Assembly: GCA_964402535.1 (NCBI GenBank)
Contig: CAYOCH010000002.1
Span: 6,661-70,660 of the forward strand
DNA: 64,000 nucleotides
Direction of reading: 5' to 3'
From: an uncultured Candidatus Saccharibacteria bacterium
GTDB taxonomy: Bacteria; Patescibacteriota; Minisyncoccia; Phycocordibacterales; Phycocordibacteraceae
Part shown: in pieces, positions 27,511 through 37,328 of the stretch
Position numbering within the stretch: the first letter of the stretch is position 1
Layout of the letters: each line of letters begins with the position of its first letter
Program-made: the position numbers and the translations under genes
Notes under the pieces: model-generated
What the model saw: the letters and a program-made list of their open reading frames with translations, nothing else
Told to the model about the DNA's origin: nothing
Databases searched by the model: none

Positions 27511-28303
27511 CGCGCTCCTCTCTGGTGGGTCCCTCTCGTGGGGCGTGTCCGTGCTCGCCGTGGTGCTTGTGGTCGCGCTCGTCCGCTTCATCGCGCCGAA
27601 CCTCTTCTGGCGCGTCGTGTCGCCGGTCTTTTCAGTATCATCAGGTGTAGCATCGGCGACGCACACGTTCTTCAGCAGTTTTGAGAATGCTGCCGCACTT
27701 GAGAAGAAAGTCGAACAGTTGATTAACGAGAATGCTGCGCTCGCGAGCGAGAACGCCGCGCTCACTGAACAACTGAAGGGGATCGATGCGCTCGGCGCAG
27801 TCCCGCAGGGGATCATCGCTGGCGTCGTCGCGCGGCCACCCGAGAGCCCGTATGACACGCTCGTCGTGGCGCGCGGCTCTGCGACTGAGGTCGTGTCTGG
27901 AATGGAGGCCTTCGGCGCAGGTGGCGTGCCGCTCGGTGTCGTCACCTCGGTGCTTACCGATTTCTCGCGCGTGACGCTCTTTTCCTCACCAACGCTCACG
28001 TCGAGCGTGGTGATCGGCTCGAAACATGTTCCGGTGCAAGTGACAGGCGCTGGCGGCGGCGCGTTGCGCGCCGTCGTCGCACGTGCTTCGAGCATCACAG
28101 AAGGGGACACGGTCTATGCACCCGGTCCGGGACTGTTGCCGATCGGGACGGTCGCGCGGATCGATAGTGACCCATCCTCGCCCTCGGTCTCGCTCCAGAT
28201 CGCTCCCGTGTCGAACCCGTTCATGATCTCGTGGGTCGAACTTCGAGCGACCGGCCCGACGTTCGTGAAGTCGCTCTCGTTTGCGACCTCGACGCTCCCA
28301 TGA
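27482..28303 (+). CDS. mreC: rod-shape protein MreC
   Basis: TM anchor, coiled coil (…LEKKVEQLINENAALASENAALTEQL…), beta-rich C-terminus; position after mreB. Confidence 0.75.
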   Translation: MKRTSLARRNALLSGGSLSWGVSVLAVVLVVALVRFIAPNLFWRVVSPVFSVSSGVASATHTFFSSFENAAALEKKVEQLINENAALASENAALTEQLKGIDALGAVPQGIIAGVVARPPESPYDTLVVARGSATEVVSGMEAFGAGGVPLGVVTSVLTDFSRVTLFSSPTLTSSVVIGSKHVPVQVTGAGGGALRAVVARASSITEGDTVYAPGPGLLPIGTVARIDSDPSSPSVSLQIAPVSNPFMISWVELRATGPTFVKSLSFATSTLP

Positions 28304-28554
28304 TCCGCGGCCTTCTCACGCTCGCACCGCTTATTTCGCTCATATTCTTCCCGTGGCCGTTCACCGCTATGCTCGCGCTTATTGCAGCGGGCTTTGAGCC
28401 CCTGGCACCACTCGCTGCCGGCATCTTTGCAGACGTTCTCTACTACTCGTCATACGCGCAGGCGTGGCCTCGCTATACGCTCTACGGTGCTGTCGCAACG
28501 CTCGCGGCCTACCTCGTGCGTCGCCAGCTCTCAAAGAGTATTATCGGAGGATGA
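28300..28554 (+). CDS. mreD: MreD-like small membrane protein
   Basis: 84-aa hydrophobic ORF from the internal ATG, overlapping the mreC stop (ATGA) and the PBP2 start; synteny. Confidence 0.5.
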   Translation: MIRGLLTLAPLISLIFFPWPFTAMLALIAAGFEPLAPLAAGIFADVLYYSSYAQAWPRYTLYGAVATLAAYLVRRQLSKSIIGG

Positions 28555-30242
28555 TGTGGAGGCGACGCCGCAGGCAGGATCCGGAGATCGCGCCGGACGA
28601 GATATTCCTCGACTCCTCTAATTCGCCAGAGTTCGATCGTCGCCGATTCGAAGGCCGGCTCGAGACGCCCTTGCCGCGCGCGACGTTCGTGTGGCTCACG
28701 GCCGGTCTCTCGCTCATGTTCGGTGTCCTCGCGGTGCGCGCGTGGGACTTGCAGGCGGTGAACGGTGCCGCGTTCGCGGAGGAGAGCGCGCATAACAGCC
28801 TCGAGGCGCGGACGCTCTTCGCTCCTCGCGGCGTGATCACCGACGTGAACGGCGTCGTGGTCGCCGACAATGTGGAGCGGTCGGACGGCACGGTCGGCCG
28901 CGACTACCGGTATCCGTCGCTCAGTCAGGTGATAGGCTATGTCTCGTACCCGAAGAAAGATGCGAACGGCGTCTACTACGACACCGAGGAACGCGGCGTG
29001 GCCGGACTCGAAGCCGGGTATGATTCACTGCTCGCCGGCAAGAACGGTCGACTCCTCACCGAGATGGACGTCGCTGGCAACGTGCGGTCAGAGGGGACGA
29101 TCGTGCCAGCACAGGCGGGTGGGACGCTCGCGCTCTCGATCGACGCAGATCTGCAAGAGCGGCTCGCGCTCGCGATCGCCGATATTGCGCAGGCGCGAGG
29201 CTTCATCGCCGGCTCGGGCGTGATCATGGACGTGCAGTCGGGAGCCGTTCGCGCGCTCGTCTCCTACCCGAGTTACGACTCTGAGGTGATGAGCAACGGG
29301 AGTCCTGCCGCGACGATCGCTGGCTACAACGCGAACATCGGCCGCCCGTTCCTCGATCATGCGGTGCAGGGCGTCTACACGCCGGGCTCGATCGTGAAGC
29401 CGTTCGTCGCGGCCGGGGCTCTCACCGACGGGCTCATAACACAGAACACGGTGATCAACGACCCGGGCAGCCTGACGATCCCGGATCCATATCACCCCGG
29501 CAAGAGCTTCTTCTATAAGGGTTGGAAGGCTCTCGGTCCTGTGGATGTCGAAAAGGCGATCGCCTGGTCCTCGGACGTATTCTTCTACACCGTCGGCGGG
29601 GGCTTCGGCAGTCAGAAAGGGCTCGGCATCGACCGGCTCGAATACTGGTATCGGCAGTTCGGGCTCGGGAGCATGACGGGCATCGACCTCGCGGGGGAGG
29701 CGGCGGGTCTCATCCCGACGCCGGACTGGAAGCAAGCGACCTTCGGCGAGCCGTGGTACTTGGGCGACACCTACTTCACGGCGATCGGGCAGTACTCGGT
29801 ACAGGTGACGCCGGTGCAGATGGCGCGCGCGACCGCCGCGGTCGCGAACGGCGGCAAACTCTTCACCCCGACACTGCTGAAAGAACAAGCGCCCGCCTAT
29901 ACGACCGTTGCTGCGAGTCCCGCGATGCTCGCGGTCGTGCGTGCCGGCATGCGGCAGAGCGTCACGAGCGCGCTCGCGGGCGCGATCGACCTGCCGTACG
30001 TCTCGGTCGCGGCCAAGACGGGCACGGCGCAGACCGGCACGCGCAATCAATATGACAACTCGTGGGTCGAGGGCTTCTTCCCGTACGACAATCCGCGCTA
30101 CGCGTTCGCGGTCGTGCTCGAACGAGGGCCCCAGGGCGCCGGAGAGCAGGCGGTGAACGTGATGCAGGAGCTCTTCAGTTCTCTGTACGCCGCCAATTCG
30201 CCGTATGTAGGCGGTACTGCAACGACGACCGCGCTGCGCTAG
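28551..30242 (+). CDS. mrdA: penicillin-binding protein 2 (elongation transpeptidase)
   Basis: GGAGG RBS; SxxK (GSIVKPF), SxD/N (SSDVFF), KTG (KTGTAQ); follows mreBCD. Confidence 0.8.
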   Translation: MMWRRRRRQDPEIAPDEIFLDSSNSPEFDRRRFEGRLETPLPRATFVWLTAGLSLMFGVLAVRAWDLQAVNGAAFAEESAHNSLEARTLFAPRGVITDVNGVVVADNVERSDGTVGRDYRYPSLSQVIGYVSYPKKDANGVYYDTEERGVAGLEAGYDSLLAGKNGRLLTEMDVAGNVRSEGTIVPAQAGGTLALSIDADLQERLALAIADIAQARGFIAGSGVIMDVQSGAVRALVSYPSYDSEVMSNGSPAATIAGYNANIGRPFLDHAVQGVYTPGSIVKPFVAAGALTDGLITQNTVINDPGSLTIPDPYHPGKSFFYKGWKALGPVDVEKAIAWSSDVFFYTVGGGFGSQKGLGIDRLEYWYRQFGLGSMTGIDLAGEAAGLIPTPDWKQATFGEPWYLGDTYFTAIGQYSVQVTPVQMARATAAVANGGKLFTPTLLKEQAPAYTTVAASPAMLAVVRAGMRQSVTSALAGAIDLPYVSVAAKTGTAQTGTRNQYDNSWVEGFFPYDNPRYAFAVVLERGPQGAGEQAVNVMQELFSSLYAANSPYVGGTATTTALR

Positions 30243-30296
30243 GGCGTTTAACTTGCATGTTCATGAGGCTCGCGTACAATGCCCACACTACACACT

Positions 30297-30770
30297 ATGG
30301 CTGACCAACAACCGACCGTCGTTTCGCAGGAAAAGTTCGATGAGATGATCAAGGAGCTCGAGTTCTTGAAGACGGTTCGGCGCACCGAGATCGCTAAGAG
30401 CCTCGAATACGCTCGCTCGCTCGGCGACCTCTCTGAGAACGCGGAGTACCAGGAGGCGCGCGACTTGCAGGCAGCGACAGAAGAGCGCATCAAGAAGCTC
30501 GAGGAGCTCGTCAAGAACACGACCATCCTCACCGATGGCAAGAAGAAGAACGAGGTCGGCTTCAACTCTACGGTCGCGATCCGCAAGGAGGGCGCGAGGG
30601 AGTTGCACGAGTACACGATCGTCGGCAGCGAGGAGGCGGACATGCGCGTGAAGAAGCTCTCGCATCTCTCGCCGCTCGGCGCAGCCTTGATGGGCAAGAA
30701 GAAGGGCGACACCTTCTCCTTCTCGACCCCGGCCGGCAAGCAGACCTACACGATCGAAAAGGTAAGCTGA
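30297..30770 (+). CDS. greA: transcription elongation factor GreA
   Basis: …DLSENAEYQEARDLQA… coiled coil plus a C-terminal FKBP-like domain. Confidence 0.85.
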   Translation: MADQQPTVVSQEKFDEMIKELEFLKTVRRTEIAKSLEYARSLGDLSENAEYQEARDLQAATEERIKKLEELVKNTTILTDGKKKNEVGFNSTVAIRKEGARELHEYTIVGSEEADMRVKKLSHLSPLGAALMGKKKGDTFSFSTPAGKQTYTIEKVS

Positions 30771-30791
30771 TCGGGTGCTATAGTAGGGCAT

Positions 30792-32258
30792 ATGGCTTTA
30801 CTCGAGACGGTACACGCTGACCGGCTTGCTAAGATCGAACGACTGCGGGAGGCGGGCATGGAGGCGTATCCGGCTCGGACGCGCCGCACGCACGCCGTCG
30901 ACGACTTTCTCGAGAATCACGGCATCCTCGAGAAGAACAGCGAGGAAGTCGCGCTCGCCGGCCGCGTGCTGTCGCTGCGCGAGCACGGCGGGTCGATATT
31001 CGCAGATATTTTCGATGGGACGAAAGGGCAGTGCTACCTGCAGCGCGATAAGCTCGGCGACGACCTGTTCGACCTCTTCGTCGCGACGGTCGATACCGGC
31101 GACGTGATCGAGGTGTCAGGCCTCGCGTTCACGACGAAGCGCGGAATGCCGACGTTGGCCATCACCGGTTGGCGCATGCTCGCGAAGTCGCTCCGGCCGC
31201 TGCCGGACGAATGGTTCGGCATCAAGGACGAGGACGAGCGCTATCGCAAGCGTTACCTCGACATCTTGCTCACCAAGGATCTCGCTGACCGGATCAAGCG
31301 CCGTTCGCGGTTCTGGAACACGATTCGTTCGTACCTGCTCGAGCGTGACTTCATCGAAGTAGAGACGCCGGTCTTAGAGACGACGACTGGCGGGGCAGAG
31401 GCACGGCCGTTTGAGACGCACCACAACGCACTCGACTTGAATGTCTACCTCCGCATCTCGGCAGGCGAGCTATGGCAGAAGCGTTTGATAGTCGCGGGAC
31501 TGCCCAAGGTCTTCGAGATCGGGCGCATCTTCCGCAACGAGGGCATGTCGGCGGAGCATGCGCAGGACTACACGCAGGTCGAGTTCTATGAAGCATTTAA
31601 GGACTACGAGGCCGGGATGGAGATGGTTGCAGACCTGTATCGTAGGATTGCCGACGAGGTATATGGTACGCGCGTCTTCACGATCAAAGGACTTGAGATC
31701 GATCTGAATAAAGAGTGGGAGACCTACGACTTCTGCAAGCTGATGCAGGGCGCGTATGGATTCGATCCGCGCGAAGTCAGTGATCTGTCGGATGCAGACG
31801 CACGTGCGCTCTTGAAGAAACATGACCCGGCGTACGATGGGAATGAGGAGGGTATCGGCCGCGTCGTCGACCTGTTGTGGAAGAAGATCCGCAAGGGGCT
31901 CGCCGGACCCGGCTTCTTGATCAATGTGCCGGTATATCTTGAGCCGCTCGCGAAGAAGAGCGACAAGGATCCGCGCGTCGTAGAGCGATTCCAGGTGATG
32001 ATCGCCGGATCAGAGATCGGCAAGGGCTTCAGCGAGCTCAACGATCCCGTCGACCAGGCGGAGCGTTTCAAGCGTCAGCAGGAGCTGCGCGACGCGGGAG
32101 ACGAGGAGGCACAGATGCCTGACGCAGAGTTCGTCGAAGCACTCGAATACGGCATGCCGCCGGCCTTCGGCTTCGGCGTCTCGGAGCGGCTCTTCAGCTT
32201 TCTCGAGGGCGTCTCTGTGCGCGAGGGGCAGATCTTCCCCTTGATGCGTCCGAAATAG
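30792..32258 (+). CDS. lysS: lysyl-tRNA synthetase (class II)
   Basis: …FEIGRIFRNEGMSAEHAQDYTQVEFYEAF…GFGVSERL…. Confidence 0.9.
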   Translation: MALLETVHADRLAKIERLREAGMEAYPARTRRTHAVDDFLENHGILEKNSEEVALAGRVLSLREHGGSIFADIFDGTKGQCYLQRDKLGDDLFDLFVATVDTGDVIEVSGLAFTTKRGMPTLAITGWRMLAKSLRPLPDEWFGIKDEDERYRKRYLDILLTKDLADRIKRRSRFWNTIRSYLLERDFIEVETPVLETTTGGAEARPFETHHNALDLNVYLRISAGELWQKRLIVAGLPKVFEIGRIFRNEGMSAEHAQDYTQVEFYEAFKDYEAGMEMVADLYRRIADEVYGTRVFTIKGLEIDLNKEWETYDFCKLMQGAYGFDPREVSDLSDADARALLKKHDPAYDGNEEGIGRVVDLLWKKIRKGLAGPGFLINVPVYLEPLAKKSDKDPRVVERFQVMIAGSEIGKGFSELNDPVDQAERFKRQQELRDAGDEEAQMPDAEFVEALEYGMPPAFGFGVSERLFSFLEGVSVREGQIFPLMRPK

Positions 32259-32269
32259 GGCTTTCTTAG

Positions 32270-32310
32270 CAAGCACCGGCGCGGCGAGAGCCGCGCCGGT
32301 GCTTGTTTTT
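32270..32310 (+). terminator. intrinsic terminator after lysS
   Basis: 12-bp GC stem gcaccggcgcgg/ccgcgccggtgc followed by TTGTTTTT. Confidence 0.7.
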
Positions 32311-32338
32311 CTGACTGTTGATAACCTTAATAGGAAAA

Positions 32339-32395
32339 GTGGGGGAGAGTGGTGTAAGATTCATAACTAGTGGGAAGAAGTGGAACCGGAGTGGT
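32339..32395 (+). promoter_or_regulatory. MraZ operator: five GTGG(G/T/A) direct repeats at 10-11-bp spacing
   Basis: GTGGG (32339), GTGGT (32349), GTGGG (32370), GTGGA (32380), GTGGT (32391), ~35-90 nt upstream of mraZ. Confidence 0.6.
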
Positions 32396-32430
32396 GGCCG
32401 GTCTCCGCCCCCTCCCGCGCCACACCCGCC

Positions 32431-32859
32431 ATGTTCATCGGCGAATACCTGCACACGCTCGACCCGAAGAATCGTGTCTCGCTCCCGGCTAAATTCCGGA
32501 AGGACCTGGGCCGCACCGTCGTCATGACGCGCGGCCTCGATCATTGCCTCGTCGTCTACCCGAAGAAGGCGTGGCAGCAGGAAGCGCAGTCTCGCGTCGC
32601 GCACGCGAGCGGCACAGCAGCGGCGCGCGGGCTCGCGCGTCTCTTCCTCTCTGGCGCGATGGAGGCGGACGTCGACTCGGTCGGCCGCGTGCTCGTCCCC
32701 GACCACCTGAAGCGGTATGCAGGCCTGACGAGCAAGACGGTCATCGCCGGCGTCGCCGAGCGCGTCGAGATCTGGGACGAGAAGGCGTGGAAGGCCTACA
32801 CCGCCTCGATCGAGCGCGATGCCGACGCATTCGCCGAGCAGCTCGGCAACCCCGAGTGA
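32431..32859 (+). CDS. mraZ: division/cell-wall cluster transcriptional regulator MraZ
   Basis: MFIGEYLHTLDPKNRVSLPAKFR… and the duplicated MraZ fold; start at the internal ATG. Confidence 0.85.
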   Translation: MFIGEYLHTLDPKNRVSLPAKFRKDLGRTVVMTRGLDHCLVVYPKKAWQQEAQSRVAHASGTAAARGLARLFLSGAMEADVDSVGRVLVPDHLKRYAGLTSKTVIAGVAERVEIWDEKAWKAYTASIERDADAFAEQLGNPE

Positions 32860-32860
32860 T

Positions 32861-33811
32861 ATGGAGGCGAAGCACGACAGCGTCATGACGGCAGAGGTAC
32901 TCGAGGCGCTTGCGGTGCAGCCCGCGGATACGGTCGTGGACGCGACCTTGGGCGGGGCAGGGCACTTCAAAGAGATCATCGCCGCGCTCGGCGAGGGCGG
33001 CACGATCGTCGGCATCGACGCCGACCAGGCAGCGGTCGAGCGCGCCCGCGAGGCCTACGCTGTGGACCGCCGCCCCGAGCGGCCGGTCGCGCACCTGGTG
33101 AACGACAACTTCCGCAATCTCTCGCGCATCCTCGAGCGCGTGAACGTCGGCCAGGTCGACAAGATCCTCTTCGATCTCGGGTGGAGCGGCTATCAGATCG
33201 CCGCGCCGCGGGGCTTCACCTTCCAGAGCGACGAGCCGCTTCTCATGACCTACGGCGAGGGCGGCGAGACGGCTGCCGACATCGTGAACTCCTCGAGCGA
33301 AGAGGAGCTCGCGGACATCATCGCGACCTACGGCGAAGAGCGCTTCGCGCGGAGCATCGCGCGCTCGATCGTCGCCGCGCGGCAAAAGGAGCGGCTCCTC
33401 ACGACCGGCGCTTTGGTCGAGGCGATCAAGGCCGGTACCCCGGCGTGGTACCACAATCGCAAGATTCATCCGGCGACTAAGACCTTCCAAGCGCTTCGCA
33501 TCGCCGCCAATGACGAGATCGGGGCTTTGAAGGAGGGGCTCGCGGCAGCGCTCGCAGCGCTCGCGCATGGTGGACGGCTCGCGGTGATCACCTTCCACAG
33601 CATCGAGGATCGCGTGGTCAAGAACGCGCTCCGCGCGGCCGCTGAGGGCGGCCTTGGCGCGCTCGTTTCTAAGAAGCCACTCGTCCCGTCTCGTGCCGAG
33701 GTGCTCGCGAATCGCCGCGCACGGAGCGCTAAGCTGCGCGTCTTTGAGCGCGCGGCGGCCGCAGAGGTCGAGGCCTCGGGATCGATGAGCATCATGCTGT
33801 CCTATGTCTAG
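32861..33811 (+). CDS. rsmH: 16S rRNA (cytosine1402-N4)-methyltransferase
   Basis: …VVDATLGGAGHFKEI…DLGWSGYQI…HSIEDRVVKN…; start at the internal ATG after the mraZ stop. Confidence 0.85.
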   Translation: MEAKHDSVMTAEVLEALAVQPADTVVDATLGGAGHFKEIIAALGEGGTIVGIDADQAAVERAREAYAVDRRPERPVAHLVNDNFRNLSRILERVNVGQVDKILFDLGWSGYQIAAPRGFTFQSDEPLLMTYGEGGETAADIVNSSSEEELADIIATYGEERFARSIARSIVAARQKERLLTTGALVEAIKAGTPAWYHNRKIHPATKTFQALRIAANDEIGALKEGLAAALAALAHGGRLAVITFHSIEDRVVKNALRAAAEGGLGALVSKKPLVPSRAEVLANRRARSAKLRVFERAAAAEVEASGSMSIMLSYV

Positions 33812-34130
33812 CCTCCGCGTATACCCCGTGAGAGCGAAGCCCTTTTACGGGGCCTATCTCCCGTTCTCGTTCTTCTCTCTTGCGAGCGGCACCGTCGGCG
33901 TGCTCGCGGTCGCCTATATCGGCCTCATCGCGGTCGTCATGAGCTATGCGGCGCTCTCCGTCGAGTTCTCGCAGTCGGTCAGGAGCGACGAAGCAGCAGT
34001 GGCGCAGCTTGAGTCGCAGTATCTCGACGCCGTCGAGCGTATCACGAGTACCGACTACGCCGCCGAGGGCTATCAGAAGCCGATCGCCCAAGTGTTCGTT
34101 CGGGCGCAGAGCGCCACCGCATTGCGCTAA
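33804..34130 (+). CDS. ftsL: FtsL-like cell-division protein
   Basis: 108 aa with a TM helix plus a short coiled coil, located between rsmH and the PBP gene. Confidence 0.5.
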   Translation: MSSLRVYPVRAKPFYGAYLPFSFFSLASGTVGVLAVAYIGLIAVVMSYAALSVEFSQSVRSDEAAVAQLESQYLDAVERITSTDYAAEGYQKPIAQVFVRAQSATALR

Positions 34131-34140
34131 GATTGCGGAT

Positions 34141-35922
34141 ATGCGAGCGCAGTTCCGCAACCGCATCCGCTTCATCCTGTTCCTGGTCGTCGCCGCAGCA
34201 CTCCTCATCCTGCTGCGGCTCTATTTCATACAGATTGTCCGCGGCGACGACTATGCACAAAAGGCTGATCGGCAGTTCGCCTCGGGCGCGAGCGGCCTCT
34301 TCGACCGCGGATCGATCTACTTCACCCGCAAGGACGGGACGCTCATCTCCGCCGCGACGCTCGCGAGCGGCTTCTTGGTCGCGATCAATCCGCAGACCCT
34401 GGGCGACCCTGAGGCGGCGTATACGGCGATCAACGCTGCCGCATCGACCTCCGTCTTCATGTCGCACGACGCATTCATCGCAGCAGCAGCAAAGAAGAGC
34501 CAAGCCTACATCGAGGTAGCGCATCGGCTCTCGATCGCCGACGGGCAGGAGCTCGCCGACAAAGACATCCCCGGTGTGCAGGTCTTGAAGGAGCGTTGGC
34601 GCTACTATCCGGGCGGTACGATGGCGGCGCAGTCGATCGGCATCGTCTCTTACGGCTCGGGCGACACGCTCGCGGGTCAAACCGGGCTTGAGGCGCAATA
34701 TGAGGGCACGCTCTCGCGCGCGGGCGACTCGCTCTACAAGAACTTTTTCGCGCAGCTCTTCTCAGACGTGGGTAACCTGCTCGTGAACGCGCGCGACGCG
34801 CGCGAGGGCGACATCGTCACGACGATCGAGCCCGAGGTGCAGACGCGCCTCGAGCACGACTTGAAGAAGGTCAACGATCAGTATTCGAGCAAGGAGTCCG
34901 GCGGGATCATCATGGACCCCTCGACCGGCGCGATCGTCGCGATCGCCTCGTATCCGGCCTACGACGCGAACGATCTGCGCAATGTCGACGCGAGCCTCCT
35001 CGGCGACCCGCTCGTCGAGCACGTGCACGAGTTCGGCTCGATCGTGAAGCCCCTCACCATGACCTCTGGCCTCGACGCGGGCGTCATCACGCCGCAGACG
35101 ACCTACAACGACACAGGGTGCATCACCGTGAATACGGCGAAGATATGCAACTGGGACTTGAAGCCGCGCGGGGTGATCCCGATGCAGCAGATCATCGAGC
35201 AGTCCTTGAACGTCGGAGCCTCCTGGATTGCGACAGAGTTGGGGCAGGACAAGTTCCGCTCCTACTTCACGACGCTCTTCGGGCAGAAGACGGGCATCGA
35301 TCTGCCGAACGAGGGCCGCTCGCTCTTAAGCAACCTGAGTAAGCCGCAGCAGGTCGGCTACGACACTGCTTCGTTCGGGCAGGGTATCGCTGAGACGCCG
35401 GTGCAGGTGATTCGCGCTGAAGCCGCGATCGCGAACGGCGGCGTGATGGTGCAACCGCACCTCGTGAGCGCGATACGATTGAACTCCGGCATCACGCGCA
35501 CGCTCGACTGGAGCCGGACGACGCCGGTCTTCTCTGCGGCGGCGGCGCGCGAGACGACCGCGATGATGACCGCCCTCGTCGACGAGAAGCTTGAAAACGG
35601 CAAGGCCAAGATCCCGACCATGTCGGTCGCTGCCAAGACGGGCACCGCACAACTCACGAACGGTCGCGGCGGCTACTACACCGACCGCTTCTTCCACTCC
35701 TTCGTCGGCTATTTCCCATCATACGCGCCAAGGTTTATCATTCTCTTGTATACGAACGATCCCAAGGGCGTAGAGTACGCGTCGGAGACCCTGGACTCCA
35801 CCTTCCTTGACCTGACGCGCTTCCTCATCGACTATTACGCGATCCCGCCTGATCGCGGCCTGCCTGCCGGCCAGGCAGGCGTCACCGCGGGCGCGGCCGG
35901 GAGCAGTCAAGCGACACTATGA
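34141..35922 (+). CDS. ftsI: penicillin-binding protein (FtsI/PBP3-like transpeptidase)
   Basis: SxxK (GSIVKPL), SxN (SLNVG), KTG (KTGTAQ); start at the ATG after the ftsL stop; dcw-cluster position. Confidence 0.8.
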   Translation: MRAQFRNRIRFILFLVVAAALLILLRLYFIQIVRGDDYAQKADRQFASGASGLFDRGSIYFTRKDGTLISAATLASGFLVAINPQTLGDPEAAYTAINAAASTSVFMSHDAFIAAAAKKSQAYIEVAHRLSIADGQELADKDIPGVQVLKERWRYYPGGTMAAQSIGIVSYGSGDTLAGQTGLEAQYEGTLSRAGDSLYKNFFAQLFSDVGNLLVNARDAREGDIVTTIEPEVQTRLEHDLKKVNDQYSSKESGGIIMDPSTGAIVAIASYPAYDANDLRNVDASLLGDPLVEHVHEFGSIVKPLTMTSGLDAGVITPQTTYNDTGCITVNTAKICNWDLKPRGVIPMQQIIEQSLNVGASWIATELGQDKFRSYFTTLFGQKTGIDLPNEGRSLLSNLSKPQQVGYDTASFGQGIAETPVQVIRAEAAIANGGVMVQPHLVSAIRLNSGITRTLDWSRTTPVFSAAAARETTAMMTALVDEKLENGKAKIPTMSVAAKTGTAQLTNGRGGYYTDRFFHSFVGYFPSYAPRFIILLYTNDPKGVEYASETLDSTFLDLTRFLIDYYAIPPDRGLPAGQAGVTAGAAGSSQATL

Positions 35923-37205
35923 AAGAAGCGATGAAAAATACATGCAAATATCTGCTCGCGAGCCTGCTCGCGGTGTTTGCGCGCGCTGTCGTGCGTCGCT
36001 ATCGCCCGCGCATCGTGATGGTCACCGGCTCGGTAGGGAAGACCTCTACCAAGGACGCCGTCGCGGCCGTCCTCTCGACGCGCTTTTTCGTGCGTAAAAG
36101 CGCAAAGAGCTTCAATAGCGAGCTCGGCGTCCCGTTCACGATCCTCGGCGTCGAGAATCCGTGGACTGACGCGCTCGCGTGGCTGCTCATCTTCAAGAGC
36201 GCACTCGCACTCCTCCTGTTGCCGAATCATTATCCGAACTTGCTCGTGCTCGAGGTCGGCGCGGACAAGCCGGGCGACCTCGCGCGCATCTTGAAGATCG
36301 CCACGCCAGACGCCGTCGTCGTGACCAAGCTGCCCGAGATCCCCGTGCACGTCGAGGCCTACGCGTCGCCCGAGGCGGTACGCGAAGAGGAGTTCGCTCC
36401 GGCGCACGCGCTTAGGGGTGCTGCGCCGCTTATCGTCTCGACAGACGACCCGTACGCGCTCGATCATGCGCTCCGCACGCCGGCGCGCGTGATGACTTTT
36501 GGCGTCGCAGATAACGCGCTCGTGCACGTCTCGAACATCGATTTCTATACTGAAGAGGGGAAGGTCGCCGGTATGCAGGCAGATATCGGACTCGAGCAGG
36601 AGAAGGGGCGCTGCATCGTGAAGGGCTCCGTCGGTCGCACCCAGATCTGGCCCGCTGCGGCGGCGCTCGCCGCTGGCCATGCGTTCGGCGTCTCGCTAGC
36701 AGATTCTCTCGCCGCGCTTGGGGAGTATGTGCCGCCGCCAGGCCGCGGGCGGCTCTTCGTAGGCGTAAACGGCTCGGTCATCATCGACGACTCGTATAAC
36801 GCATCGCCGACGGCCGTTGAGGAGGCGCTTGCTACCCTCAAGGCGTTCCCGGCCACGGGGCGCAAGATAGCGGTGCTCGGCGACATGCTCGAGCTCGGGC
36901 GCTATTCTGCTGTCGAGCATGAGCGGATCGGTGCGCTCGCTGCAGAGTTTGCAGATGTCATCGTCGCCGTCGGGATCCGCGCTCGCGCGTTCGCGGCAGT
37001 GCCGGGTAGGGCAGAGGCGCTCCTCTTTGATGACTCGGCGAGCGCGGCTCGTGCGCTCGCAGACTATGTGCACGAGGGAGACGTGCTTGTGGTGAAGGGG
37101 TCGCAGTCAGTGCGCATGGAGCGCGTCGTCAAGGCGCTCCTCGCAGACCCACAAGACACTCCGCGCCTCGTGCGCCAAGAGAAGAAGTGGCTCGCTAAAG
37201 CGTAG
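35919..37205 (+). CDS. murF: UDP-MurNAc-tripeptide--D-Ala-D-Ala ligase
   Basis: …IVMVTGSVGKTSTKD…IIDDSYNASPTAVEEAL…. Confidence 0.85.
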   Translation: MKEAMKNTCKYLLASLLAVFARAVVRRYRPRIVMVTGSVGKTSTKDAVAAVLSTRFFVRKSAKSFNSELGVPFTILGVENPWTDALAWLLIFKSALALLLLPNHYPNLLVLEVGADKPGDLARILKIATPDAVVVTKLPEIPVHVEAYASPEAVREEEFAPAHALRGAAPLIVSTDDPYALDHALRTPARVMTFGVADNALVHVSNIDFYTEEGKVAGMQADIGLEQEKGRCIVKGSVGRTQIWPAAAALAAGHAFGVSLADSLAALGEYVPPPGRGRLFVGVNGSVIIDDSYNASPTAVEEALATLKAFPATGRKIAVLGDMLELGRYSAVEHERIGALAAEFADVIVAVGIRARAFAAVPGRAEALLFDDSASAARALADYVHEGDVLVVKGSQSVRMERVVKALLADPQDTPRLVRQEKKWLAKA

Positions 37206-37250
37206 CGCGGTCGGGGAAAGTCTGGTATAAGAAACAGCAAGTGCGATAGA

Positions 37251-37322
37251 TGGCCCTATCGTCTAACGGCTAGGACAGATCCCTCTCACGGATCAAATCA
37301 GGGTTCGATTCCCTGTAGGGTC
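37251..37322 (+). tRNA. tRNA-Glu (CUC)
   Basis: GGCCCTA acceptor, D-arm GTCT/GGAC, anticodon loop CTCTCAC, T-arm CAGGG-TTCGATT-CCCTG, 3' TAGGGTC-A; CCA not encoded. Confidence 0.8.
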
Positions 37323-37328
37323 ACAAAT

